Below are positions 37,070-50,500 of a stretch of DNA of 64,000 nt, piece by piece. The DNA is from Podarcis melisellensis (Eukaryota). The position numbers and the translations under genes are program-made. The notes below the pieces were generated by a model. The model did no database searches. It worked only from the letters and a program-made list of their open reading frames with translations, and was not told the DNA's origin. The DNA lies in the NCBI GenBank assembly GCA_964234715.1, contig OZ174276.1; one strand, written 5' to 3'. Positions within the stretch are counted from its first letter, which is position 1. Each line of letters begins with the position of its first letter.

Positions 37070-37422
37070 GTAAAGGTCAAGGGACCCCTGACCATTAGGT
37101 CCAGTCGTGACCGACTCTGGGGTTGCGGCGCTCATTGCGCTTTATTGGCCGAGGCAGCCGGCGTACAGCTTCCAGGTCATGTGACCAGCATGACTAAGCC
37201 GCTTCTGGTGAACCAGAGCAGCGCATGGAAACGCTGTTTACCTTCCCGCCGGAGCGGTACCTATTTATCTACTTGCACTTTGATGTGCTTTCGAACTGCT
37301 AGGTTGGCAGGAGCAGGGACCGAGCAACGGGAGCTCACCTCGTTGTGGGGATTCGAACCGCCGACCTTCTGATTGGCAGGCCCTAGGCTCTGTGGTTTAA
37401 CCCACAGCGCCACCCACGTCCC
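37070..37422 (-). mobile_element. Sauria SINE, full length
   Basis: tRNA-like head GGGACGTGGGTGGCGC with B box GGTTCGAATCC; ACCTTT-type tail; 11-bp TSD TCTTTTACTAG (37059-37069, 37423-37433). Confidence 0.92.
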
Positions 37423-40400
37423 TCTTTTACTAGACATGAGTATAAATATTATAAATGAAGCAACAACCACATACAAGTAATACTCCATTTGTTAACAAAC
37501 AAAAAACGTTCTTATTCCTTTTAGTGAATTTTCCATTATGGTTCCAATCTCTCTTCTTTTATGGGGGGTGGGGGGTGGATAGACCTTATCTGCTGACTTT
37601 AGGCTTTTTTTTATCTAGGTCACTTTTCAGCTATTGCTTGAATTTATTCTGTCCTCATACCTCTCTGTGCTGTGCTCCATCACATCTAGCTTTAAGTTTT
37701 CATATTTAGCTGCTTTCTCCAGCCCAGTTTGTTCCTTTCTTTAACGTTTCAGCTGCTGTTTTGACTTCCTTACTCAAATCCTGGCAACTGACCTGTTGTT
37801 CCCCTTGGATTGTGATTTCGGATTACTTTTCTGGTAAATAATTATTGGCTCCATCATGATTTGCCGTCCTTTAGAGCAGGGACAAAGAAACTGTAGCCCT
37901 CTCAGAGCAAACCATACTGGGCCTGAGAGTCAGGGTGTGACTAAAATACATGATGACTATTTACATTTGTTGTGGGAGCAGATGTGCACCCCTGAAAAAT
38001 ACCCTACTGTACCAGGCGAGGAGACAACAGAACTCAAGACCATGCTGAATAACTAAGGAATGACTAATACCAAGATAAACTAAACCTAAACCCCTGAAAA
38101 TAACCTAGCGTAACTGATTTTAAAGATTGTGTTGAGACCATTTTTAGTGTGCTGTGCACCCTAAAGTAAAGCACATAATCTATGGCAGAAAGCAAAAAAT
38201 GGCCTAATCCCATGTTTCCAGAAGGTAAAAGTGCTTTAAAATGTTAGTAGTTGAATTTTGTTGTTGTTGTTATGCTGGTTTTTCTGTTGCTAAAAATACA
38301 TTGTTATAACTTCCGAGAATGATCTGCCATTTTTAAAACAAACAAACAGCAACACACCCTTACACCTTATCTAGGATACTTTGTGAGCAGAGTAACTTTG
38401 TGAGCAATAGAAGCTGACAGGAGCCAATGAAGCTGACAGGCTTATAACTGTGTGTAAGCTGCATAGTACCTGTTACAACTGTCTTATTCTTTCATGGCCA
38501 CCTATGGTTTGATAATACATTTCTTTTTTAAAGTGACAGAAAAAGAGGGAGAGAATAAAAATTCTACCCCTAGTCCAGTTTCAGCAAACGCACAATACAG
38601 GTTGAGTAGTCTGTGAAATTGTGGGGCTGTGTCATGGAAGTTAATCCTACAAGGGTTAATGAAATGGATGACAAGTCTGAAATGTAGAACTGCCACAGTC
38701 CAGAGCTGCTGGCCAAGGCATGTGCCTGTGTGACACCATATCTTAGAATGAACTAACAAGGTCACTAACAAGTGAAGGCTACTAGCTTGCGTCAGGGTAG
38801 TTTGGAAATTATGGAGAAAGAAAACCACGCCGTGTGAACACGCCCCTTGCAAAAAGAACTGCGGCACAATTTCCTCAATACACTTTAAAAAATGCACCCT
38901 GCTGTCTCCATGGCAAGTCTTTACCACAGAGAGATTAAAGGATGCTGAAAATAAACAAATAATATCTGACCAATTTTCCTTGTGATATGCAGTTCCTACG
39001 TTTAAATGGTGGGAAGCCTTTTTTTTAAAAGGAAAACGTCACTTATCACAGCAGGTATTTCTTGACTGCAAACAGTCATATTGCACAAAAGTAGTATGTG
39101 TGCGGGGTGTGTGTGTGTGTAAAAGAATCCTAGGAAATAGAGTACAAGCAAAAATAAGCAAACCATTTAAAACTTTGTGGTAATTCTGAACAATGCAGTA
39201 GCCATAACTCACCCAAAGGGGAATTAAAGTTGAGTATCGCAATTCTGAAATGTCAAAATATTCCAGAAAAATCCTATTGGCCTTACAAGAAAACAGAAAG
39301 ACACACACCAAAGTGGGTAAGGGGCTTCTGCAAAGATGTGTGTCCCTCATGAAGAAATAACATGGTGGTTGTAAAGAATATAGAGGATTAATGGTGCTTT
39401 AATTAAGTACTATAATGGGGATGAGACAAAGATGACTCTGAGACAGAACTCTTCATTACATAGATCACAGCATTGTGACAAACAGGAAGAAGAAATAAAC
39501 TGTTATCCTCAAAATCATCATCACATCATTGAAATCAACGGTATGAGTGGGACATGATTAGCTGAACGTTTCCAAAATCATCTTAAATAATTTTCTGGTT
39601 GTATCTGCAAGCTACACACCATAGCTTTTACATATGGATGGTGTCATCTGAAAACCAGTATCCAGCAATTCCTGGGTTTCTTTATTTATACATTTAATGA
39701 GAGAAACCGGTGTTCTGTGAACTGCAGGAAAACATCTGTTTGCCTCTGGCACAGAGGCTCATTTGTTAACACCCAGCTAATATTGGAACACAGGGGGGGG
39801 GGAGTTGGTGGAAAGGGAAAAGTTTGAATTGACGGATAACGTAGAAATAGATTTTGTCCACTTAATAAAATAAAAAAGGAGGGAAAGACCAATACATTGC
39901 ACTACAATTCTATTTTTCTGGGAGAACATGTCCCAAGGCTCTGCAGTCAGGACTGAGTTATATAATATTGAAAAGAAAAGTGGTGAAGGACATAGGCAAG
40001 AGTGCAGAGAAGACTGGGAGCCTGAAGGCATGGGAACCAGGGATATTAAAACAACAACAACATTCATGTAAACAGGTTTTCCCTCTTCCACTGTCCTCAA
40101 CCCACTTACACCCCTTCCAGAAAAATTGTTCCTGGGATAGTACAGGGAGTGAAATTAAGATGGAGGAAGCAGTTGGTATAAACTGGGTCCTCCTTATGTG
40201 AAAGGAGGATGAAAACGAAACCAATCCATTTGGCAGGAATTGGTGCAAGGCTGCTGTGGAGGAAAGGAGGAAACAATGGATAAGGGCACCCAGGGACTAG
40301 GAAGATTTGTAAGAAGCCCCCAAAAATGCTCAGCAGCAGAAGATGGTGGGGAGGGTAGTGGAGCAGCCCTGCAGGTTGGGGATGGGCAAGGTAGTGGCAA

Positions 40401-40489
40401 GGTTGAGGGAGCTCTGGGTTGGTGACAGCACCATCCAGCTGCATCCCAGGAAGTGTTATGTCACTGGGAGGCTGATTTGTTGTTCCCTA

Positions 40490-40837
40490 ACGCGGGTGGT
40501 GCTGTGGTCTAAACCACAGAGCCTAGGACTTGCCGATGGGAAGGCCGGCAGTTTGAAACCCCACAATGGGGTGAGCTCCCGTTGCTCAGTTCCTGCTCCT
40601 GCCAACCTAGCAGTTCAAAAGCATGTCAAAGTGCAAATAGATAAATAGGTACCGCTCTGGCGGGAAGGTAAACGGCATTTCTGTGCGCTGCTCTAGTTTG
40701 CCAGATGCGGCTTAGTCATGCTGGCCACATGACCCGGAAGCTGTACGCCGGCTCCCTCGGCCACTAAAGCGAGATGAGCACCACAACCCCAGAGTTGTTC
40801 GCGACTGGACCTAACAGTCAGGGGTCCCTTTACCTTT
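40490..40837 (+). mobile_element. Sauria SINE
   Basis: Same body and CCTTTACCTTT tail as the other two copies. Confidence 0.88.
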
Positions 40838-42417
40838 TAATGTCAGGATACATTAATCAACAAGAGGCAGGCTAAAGATCCTGGCTTGTTATGAAGCAGT
40901 AAGCCATGCTCTGGGTTTGGATGTAATAGAAACATGCTACTCATGCAGAATAAATGATGATAAGCCAGCAAACCTGGCTTACCATTATGTGCAAATTTCA
41001 TTTCTGCTGTATATCTAAGCCAGCAATCTGAAGGATCTAAAAGCAAGGACAAATGTGCATAAGCACTCTTGCTTTTCCTTAATTTAAACATTTTCCAATG
41101 CTGTGAATTCTGATCCCACCTTCAGATTACCTTGTTCTAGTATGCCAATAATGTTATAAGCAACTGGCACTAATTTTTATTTAAATAAATGGCTTGTTCT
41201 ACACCTACCCAGCCAATCCATTCATCCATATACCTGCCCACACACTTCTTCCCAGGTGTGACCCTGGAATAAACTACAGGAATAATAGACATCTATACTT
41301 TCTCTCTAACTAATTGTAGAATTTACTTAATTTCTTTCTTCTGTGTTGTAGTGCCATTTTTGTACCTTCAAGTGCCGTTTCAGTTGTTTTTCATATATCC
41401 TAAATGTGCTTTGCAGAAAGCAATTTTAGGGCTGCCTTATGACCTAATTCACCTACACGGAAAATATTGCACTCCCTTTACACACATATACTTTGCACCA
41501 AACTAAATGAAATGTAAGGCATTCCATCCTGCTGATACTATATAAAAAAGCACAAAGCTGGCAATATGTCTTATAAATTGTGCTAGTACTTTCTCAGACA
41601 GATATAAGTGGAAGGAAAATTTGCCTTCCCATAGTATTTCATGTTGCTGTTACTAATTCTGGGTCATTATTGCTGAACTGGAAACAACCGCAGAATATTG
41701 AGAAATCCAGGTCACAGGGAGGAATTCAACATCATGCTATTTTGATCGTTCTATCAGCTCCTGCGTTTTTGCTTACCAGATGGAACAAGCACCCTCTTCT
41801 CCTCCCTGCACACTGGTCTGGGGGAATCTTCTGATCCTCCAAAGTGGATTAGAGGAGGAGACACACAGGGAGAGGAGAGAGGAGGGAAGTCCCATTGCAT
41901 TAATGGGAGCCCTTGGGTTGGCTTCTGGTAGTTCACCAGGTTATATGAATCTGGGCCACAGTTTCCACTAATATAATTCAATGGTTTCGTTTTTCTCTGT
42001 TTGCTAACAATGCACCATTGCTAGTTATATATCACACACACATAATTAATCATACATGTATACTCAATAAGCAAAGGCAGCAATTATTAATTATCCTTAA
42101 ATATTACAAGTAAAATACTGAAAAATGCATTGGGTAGGTTAAACATCAATGTTTAGTTTCATGGCAGGATTCAGCATCATTTGACCAATTAAAAATAATA
42201 ATAATGGAGGGACTCATCAATTCAGTGCCACACGGAACCATGATACCACAGCTCATTAACAAACCACAAAGGAGTGCTTAGAATGCAGAAGGAAGGGTTG
42301 AAATTCAAGCAATAGTGGATGGGCATAAACAGTCAGCTTTGTATTAAGGCCTAAACAGCACCCACCCACCCACCTACCTTTAAGGTCACCCAGCACTAGG
42401 GATGCTTGAATCTGTCA

Positions 42418-42509
42418 ATTTCAGAATCTCTCAGTTTCTCATTTTTCCAATCAATGGGTGATTGATATCACCTATTGATTGGAAAAATGAGAAACTGAGA
42501 GATTCTGAA

Positions 42510-42511
<2 letters not shown>
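42418..42511. repeat. Long palindrome: 45-bp arms, 1 mismatch, 4-nt loop, followed by (CA)n
   Basis: ATTTCAGAATCTCTCAG...GGTGAT-TGAT-ATCACC...CTGAGAGATTCTGAAAT. Confidence 0.92.
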
Positions 42512-42552
<41 letters not shown>

Positions 42553-43330
42553 AGCATTATATGCTACTTTCTCCTAATATACACATTTCTGTATTGTGCG
42601 CAATTTTGCCTTATACAAACATTTGTGTTTGTGATTTTCATTAAAATATGTGTTTTTATGCCATTTTGTATGTGAAATGTCAATTTTGAAGGGTGGCCGT
42701 ATTTCACTTTGCTTATTGTTTCAAAAAGTGCAGATCATGTAAGATTACATTTAAATGCAAACTGAAATAGAATCCATCCCAGTTCCTCTCCAGCACCTTA
42801 TCCTCCTGCATGAGTGCTTCAACAAGCATACCTAATCAACTGAATATGTCAACTAACTTGCTGCACACAATGCTTACTTATAAATTTATCATTCATGTTT
42901 TATGTTCTTGTGCAGAAAATGCAGAATTTGCAATATAAACACTATGAATCAGTACAAAGAGGCAGGAAATAATAATTGAAGTAAATACACATGATAAAGC
43001 AATCACGTTTGCACTGGGAAGCCTAATTACAGTGGTACATACACCATCTACTTCAGTGACCAATCTAAACCCTTCATTTAAAAAAACCTGAAACAAATAG
43101 CAATCCTGTTCAGCAGCAGAAAAGGATAAGGAATTGATAGTAATCCTCATGCTCCTCGCATGAACTCCAAAAGACATTTGAGTGAGACTTTTAAAGCTGA
43201 AAATTGTCCATCAAACACACAAAATAAGTTCCTCTAATCCTTGTGCCCCAAATTACTAATCCATCTGGAGAGCTAAATTTGTTTTGTGTGTTTACAAGGA
43301 GCTAAATGTCATCCGACACACAGACAACTA

Positions 43331-43528
<198 letters not shown>

Positions 43529-46459
43529 CTAGTTTTGTGGATTTTGTTCAATCTGCTTGAAATACAGGCAGATTCTCAAGGTCCAAGAAAAGTCAAGAAA
43601 ACAAGCCATATTTGCAAGCAAACAATCAATATTTCTCCCTGGTTTTAGAACAAGCTGAATGCCATTTATATTGCTTTATGAGGCATTAGTCTTTTTTAGT
43701 CAGGATTTCACTTCCAGTGGTCATAAGCCAATGGTGGGTGGCCCACAGGCAAAAAGTGGGAGGAGCACTTACCTTACCTTTGCACAATAGCTATGAAAAA
43801 GAAATAGGTTTCTACATAGACGCAAACACACCCTTCTATCCTCAGTCCAGGTAAACAAAAGGCATCATCACAGTTAAATGACACATTCTAGCCTGGCAAA
43901 AGCACTTGGGGAGGGAATGCAGTATGGTAAGTGAGAGGTATGGTCTGGGAAGGAAGTTTGGATGAAAAATAGTCCCTGCTAAGTGCAGGTAATTATAGAA
44001 CATCACCACAACGGGCCACCATCCCAAAAAATGGTCACACAACTTGTGGTTGTGTGAATCACTCTTTAGGCTTATGAATCTCAGATGAATTAAAAACCCA
44101 ACAAGCAAGTTTTCTGGAACCAGTTCCTCTCACATACTGGGACAAAGAACGACGTACATTGAGACAGAGCTTTTTGTACAGCACCATCTCAGAAGAGCAT
44201 GATGTCTCATGTATCCTGCAGTCTGCTGGAAAGATGCAGAACTGTCCGTGACTAATATTTCTTGCTAGTTCTGCCAGGGAAAGGGAAAGGAGTAGTGAGA
44301 GGAGTAACTCTTCTGTGAAACCCATCATGAAGTTGTGTAGCCCTTTGGTGCTGAAACACCACAGCCAACCAAATCTATAGAGAAATTACCCTTTTCTGCC
44401 CTTTTATCTCTCACAGAAGCCATGGGTCTACTACCTTTCCCACCCCCCTTTCCCTTTCCTTAAAGACTACAGCTTGGTCTGAGGTTTTGAATTTTAATAG
44501 AAAATTCTAATAATTGTATTTTTCTTCACAAACACAGCTTTCCTTACTCATACCTAATAGGGTGTTGGCTTCCCCACTTCCACACAAAAGAGTATATAAA
44601 CTTATGGCAAACATTCTGAGAAAATTTTCTGAGAAAACTTGTCCACAAAATATGTAGAGTAAGGTAAGTATTTAAAGTTCCTAGTTTCCTACCCACCGCA
44701 CCCAGCAGAAAACAGATATGCAATCAGAGGACAGATTTGAGTTCCTCATTAGCAATCTTCAGTATAAAATAATTTTCTGCACCTGATTTCATACTTTTAT
44801 TAAAACCCTTATCAGAAGTCTCCCATGTGCAATGACTAAGCTCTGGTGACTCTCGTGTCTGAAATGGTTACAAAAGCTGTGCACTTGTAGCTCTGCCCAA
44901 TGTTCACTTCTGCTTCTTGGAAGCATGCCTGCTTTGTGACAGTTGGAAAGGCTGGCAGCAGACCCAGTTATAATATATGGAAATCTGAGGACAAAACTGC
45001 CTTGTGATTAATTTCTCTCCTGCACGGAGAGATCAGCTTTGAAGAAAAATGGTTATGGCTTTTAGCAACAGTATTTTCTTCTTTTCTTTTAATTTGCTGC
45101 CTGTTGTGAAATTCAGGATAATTCTGTTTCCAGGTCCCTTGTGGAAAAAATAAAATAAATTCAAAGCTTCCCTTCTACTTGGGCATTAAGATGAAATGGG
45201 GCATTTTAAGAAACCTTGAATTATAGTGACATAATCCCCGCTCCCCAACATGTGAACTTTTCAACAGATTTGGGACTTGAAAGTACTTGGTCTAGCTTGT
45301 GGGGTGGAAAAAAATACTGCCACAATCTGCTATTCTTCTGCTTTGCTTTGTTTTGCTTCTGGACTTTTTCAATCCAGGTGAATGAAAGAGCTTGTGCCCA
45401 TGGATGAAATAAAGCAAAAAAGGGATGTTGATATGATGTTTCACACCATATCTCTAGGTTCATGGTTGGAGAAGGGAATTACAGTGTGCAAGCTCAGATG
45501 TTCACAGCAATGATCAGAATCTTATTGACCATGAGAATCATGTGATACCAGAAATCCAATATACTGTCCTTGCCTGCTCTATGAACACCCAAGTGGAGCA
45601 GGGTCTATGAGGCACAGTGAGGCGACCACCTCAGGCAGCAGAGTCTACTTGGGGCAACAGACCCCAACGTCAATCTTTCTTTCCCTTTGCCTTGTTCCTG
45701 ATGTAGATCTTCCCTGATCCCTTCTTCCCTGGCAGGGAGGAGGGACGCCATTTTGGAGTCTGCCTCAGGTGCCAAAATGTCTTGGGCCAGCACTGATGTG
45801 GTGTAATACAGCATCATTGCACTCTACATATAGAATCAAACTGGGGATACCCAAGTTCAAATCTCTACTCAGCCATGATGTTCACTGTTGAGCTAGTCTG
45901 TTTATCTCAGCTTAAACTATAGAATAGGGCATTGCTTGTAGCTGCCTGTGTCCACCTCTTAAGAACTGTAGGAACTGTAGTTCACCCCTCACACTGCTAC
46001 GATTCCCGGCACCCTCAACAAACTACGTTTACAGGATTCTTAAGGGGAAGCCGTGTGCTCTAAATATATGGTGTGTATGCAAACTTCTTCTTCACCTTGT
46101 GCCTTGTTTCATCAGCCTTCTGCATTTTTAATGCTCACATCCACTTTTACTATCTCTTTCTGCTAGATTGTATTGGCCTACATACAACTATTATCGACTT
46201 TAATCTCAAAGAAATAAATGTTAGATGGGATCGTTTTATTCATCCATCAAATTAGATTACTGCTATTTTAAGCACCCTGCCAGCAAATGGTGCTCCTCAG
46301 TACAATTTGTTCATAGAATTTATTAAATAAGTGACTTTATTTTTTTAAATAAAAAACTAGGCAGGGCTGTATCAGAAAGTTTTTAATGTCTTATATATGC
46401 TGTAAGTCACCCAGAGTGGCCGGGGAAACCCAGCCAGATGGGGTATAAATAATAAGCAC

Positions 46460-46501
<42 letters not shown>

Positions 46502-47170
46502 TTCCAAACTTTCATGGCCCTCTTTTTTGTGTGTCTTACAAATAAAATAAAAATGAAATTGAAACCTAAAGACATTTTGGCTAATGCAAAAATTGTATGC
46601 CCTCTGCAGTCTGTCCTGCTACATAAATACAGCACAAACCAGCATCTAAGTGGTCACTTCATCATCAGGTTCAAGCTTAAACTCTTTAACCTCACAATAA
46701 GCACTCAGGTGACTGGCATATTTCACTGTGACTCCAGTCATTGAAACAAAAGGTCTTCTAAGCTAGACAGCTGCAGAATCACAATTTGTAGTCTATGTAG
46801 GAGGATTGCTGTGATTCTATGATTCTATAACTCACAGAAGCCACAGTACAAACAGAGCATTTGGCCATAACACAGAGGAAAGCTGAGAAACAGACACATA
46901 ATTGAGTTAAGAATACAGTCTATCACTTGAGTGATTTTAATAACAAATACAGCTATAGTTATGGGGTCATTAGATGTGTCTGGTGTAGGAGTTGATGGCC
47001 CTATGTCAAAACCAGAAAAATGTAGCTAGACTAGGAGACAGCTCATATGTTTAAAGAAATGGCTGAATAAATCTGAGTGATGTGCATGCTTCTTCTTTTC
47101 CTACACAAAGAGCTATGTGAGATTAGGACTAACTGTTTGGGCCAGCACATTAGTTACCTACCTACCTACC

Positions 47171-47578
47171 TGTGATGGGACGATGAGCTGCTTGTGCGTA
47201 AAATGCAAGTCCCTCAGAGTTTGATCAGGTTTTCAAACCTCTGCCTGTGACGGAGCCCCTCCAGCATGGCTGCGTCAATCACTAGTAGAATCCGAAAGTG
47301 GCTGCTTTCGGAATCGTTTCCAACATAAAAGCTCTTTAACGGAAACACGTCGTCTGGCCTCTCGGCGTGACAGTTTCCGGCGAGGTGTGGGTGTCCCTAT
47401 AGGAGGTCCTGAGACCTCCCCACTGTTTTCGCTGGAAGCGTCTCTGAGCCATCCCTCCGACTCACTTTCCCTTGGAGTTCTTGCTCGCCCTCTACTGGTT
47501 CCCTCTTCCACTGCTACTCCTCTCTCAACCTCAGTGAGCCTTTGCGCCCCCGGCGCTTTAGATGGCAGTTCCCTGACA
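47171..47578 (-). repeat. 3' LTR of copy 2
   Basis: 406/408 identical to 52261-52668 (differences at 47510/52600 and 47517/52607). Confidence 0.97.
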
Positions 47579-50500
47579 TCCACCTCCCCTCCAGGGCCCC
47601 CTTCACCCCCTCCCGTCTCCTCCCCTACTGGCGGTGAGGAGGTAAAACCCCTGAAAGAACCTCCTTCGTCTTCCGACGTCGCGAACACTTCCCTCCACTT
47701 GTTGCTGTTCCTACTCTCTCGGTAATCTTCGTCATCGGAGTCCACTCCCTCTTCCAACTCCGACTCCGCGAACCCTTCCATTTCCTCTTCCTCATCGGTG
47801 GTGCCGAAATACTCCCTCCTAAACCTTGCTATCGGCTGAGGTTTCCTCGGGAACCTTTGGTGGAACGTTTCTGTTAAAACCTCGTCATTGACTTCCTCTG
47901 CATTCACCCAGGTGTTTTCTGACTCCGGTTCCCCTTCCCACGCCACCAAATACTCCACCTGATTTCCCTTCCACCTGGAATCGAGGATTTCCGCTACATG
48001 GTTGCGGCGTTCCCTCTCTTCCAAGGCTGGTCCCCTGACGTACTCCCCTTCACGTCCCCCCCTGTATGGTGACAGTAACGACCTGTGGAACACTGGGTGC
48101 AATTTCATGTGGTTGGGTAATCGGAGTTTGAAAGCTACCGGGTTGACCTGCTGAATGACCTCAAAGGGTCCCAATCTTCTGGGCCTCAATTTCTTACAAC
48201 CCCCTTTGAACAGCAACCCTTGGGTTGACAACCACACTTGATCCCCCACCCTTATGGTTTCACCTTCCCTTCTGTTCTTGTCTGCCTGCTTCTTATATTG
48301 TGCCTTAGCCCTTTCTAAGTTGAGCTGGAGCTGATGATGGATCGCTTCCATCTCTTCTACAAAATGTTCAGCCGCTGGGACGCTCCATCTCTCCCCTCCT
48401 TCCCCTGGAAATGCCCTGGGGTGACACCCGTAATTAGCCAAAAAGGGACTCATCCCTGTGGACACATTCTCCGCATTATTGTAGGCAAATTCTGCCAACG
48501 CCAACTTTTCGACCCAATCGTTCTCTCTGTCATTGACATAACACCTCAGATATTGTTGAAGAATGCCATTTGCTCTTTCCGCCTGCCCGTTGGTCTCAGG
48601 GTGCCGGGCAGTTGAAAAATTGACTTCCACGTGCAGCAAGCTCATGAGCTTCCTCCAGAACCTGGAAGTAAATTGTTTGCCGCGATCTGAGATCACCCTC
48701 AAGGGAGCCCCGTGCAACCTAAAGATGTGTTCTACAAACAACTTCGCTGTTTCTTCCGCTGTGACTGCATGTGAGCATGCTACAAAGTGGCACATCTTAG
48801 TTAACAGGTCTACTACTACCATGATGGCTGTTTTCCCCTTGGACTTTGGCAGATCCGTCATAAAATCTATTGATATCGCTTCCCAAGGCCGTTCTGGTGT
48901 GGGTAATGGTTCTAATAACCCTGCCGGCGCCCTTCTTTCCCCTTTGGCTCGCTGACATTGGTCACACCCTCTTACATACTCCCTTACATCTTCCCTCACC
49001 TTAGGCCACCAAAATTCCCTGGTAACCAACCACATGGTCTTGTGTTGTCCAAAATGTCCCGCCGTGGGGCTATCATGCAACTGCTTGAGTACTCTCCCCC
49101 TCAATTCACCTTCGGGTATATACAGTGCCCCTTTGTAATACAATGCCCCATTTCTTTCCTCAAAACCTCCGGGGCTCTCGCCCTCCCCCCTGAGACCTCT
49201 GAGCTTATCCTGGGCATATTCATCATTTTCCGTTTCCTCTACCAGTTCTCGTTGCCCCACCAGCGCCGCCCCACACACCCAGCGGTCCTCAGGGATGACA
49301 TGTCTCTCTTCGATCACCCCCTCCCCTTCCCAATACTCTGGTTTGCGTGAGAGCGCGTCCGCCCTGACGTTTTCTGGGCCTGGCACATAACAAATTTCAA
49401 AGTTGAATTTGGAGAATTCCTGTGCCCATCTCACTTGTCGTTGGTTGAGCACTCGAGCTGTTCTCCAATACTCTAAATTCTTGTGGTCGGTGCACACTTG
49501 CACCTTGTGTTGTGCCCCAATTAATAAATGTCTCCACCTCCGGAATGCTTCGTGAATGGCAAGTAGTTCCCTGTCATACACCGTGTAATTCCTCTCGGAT
49601 TTATTCAGCTTCCGCGAGAAGAAGGCACACGGTCTCCACTCCGACGCACTCCTCCCCGGTTGAAGAAGGACCGCCCCTACCGCCCGGTCGGATGCATCGG
49701 TTTCCACTCTCATGGGTTTTCGTAAATCCACATGCAGAAGTTGTTCTTCCGAGGCGAAAGCCCTTTTCAGTTCTTCAAAGGCTCGATCCGCCTCTACCGT
49801 CCAAACAAATTTCTTCTTGCTGCTGAGGCAGTCGGTGATGGGCGCCGTCAAGTGGGCAAAGTTCTTGATGAACTTCCGATAAAAGTTCCCAAACCCCAAG
49901 AATCTTTGCACGTCCTTCTTGGTCTTCGGTGTCTTCCATTCCAGTACCGCTTGGACCTTGCCTGGATCCATGGCCAATCCCTTGTCTGACAAGCGGTACC
50001 CCAGGAATTCCACCTCCTTGGTATGAAACTGGCACTTCTCCAGTTTCACCCACAGCTGGTTGGCTTGCAGCCTGCCCAACACTTCTCGAACGTCCCTCAC
50101 ATGCTGTTCCTCATCTTCCGAATACACCAACACGTCGTCTAAAAAGGCCACACAATTCTTGTAGAGCAAAGGTCCCAGAACGTGGTTTATAAAAGCTTGA
50201 AAACACGCGGAGCCCCCTTGTAGACCGAAGGGCATAACGAGGTATTCAAAGGCTCCCAAAGGGGTAAACATGGTGGTCTTCCATTCATCTCCCTTCCTTA
50301 TGCGTATCAGATTGTACGCCCCCCGCAGGTCCAGCTTTGTAAAAATCTTTCCCTTCCTTACTCTGGTCAAAATGTCATCAATTCGGGGCATAGGGAAAGC
50401 CAGGGGCTCCGACACTGCATTGAGGGCCCTAAAGTCACACACCAGTCTCGGTTTGTCCGTGTTCTTTTTGTCCACAAAAAACACTGGGCTGCCCCCCACC

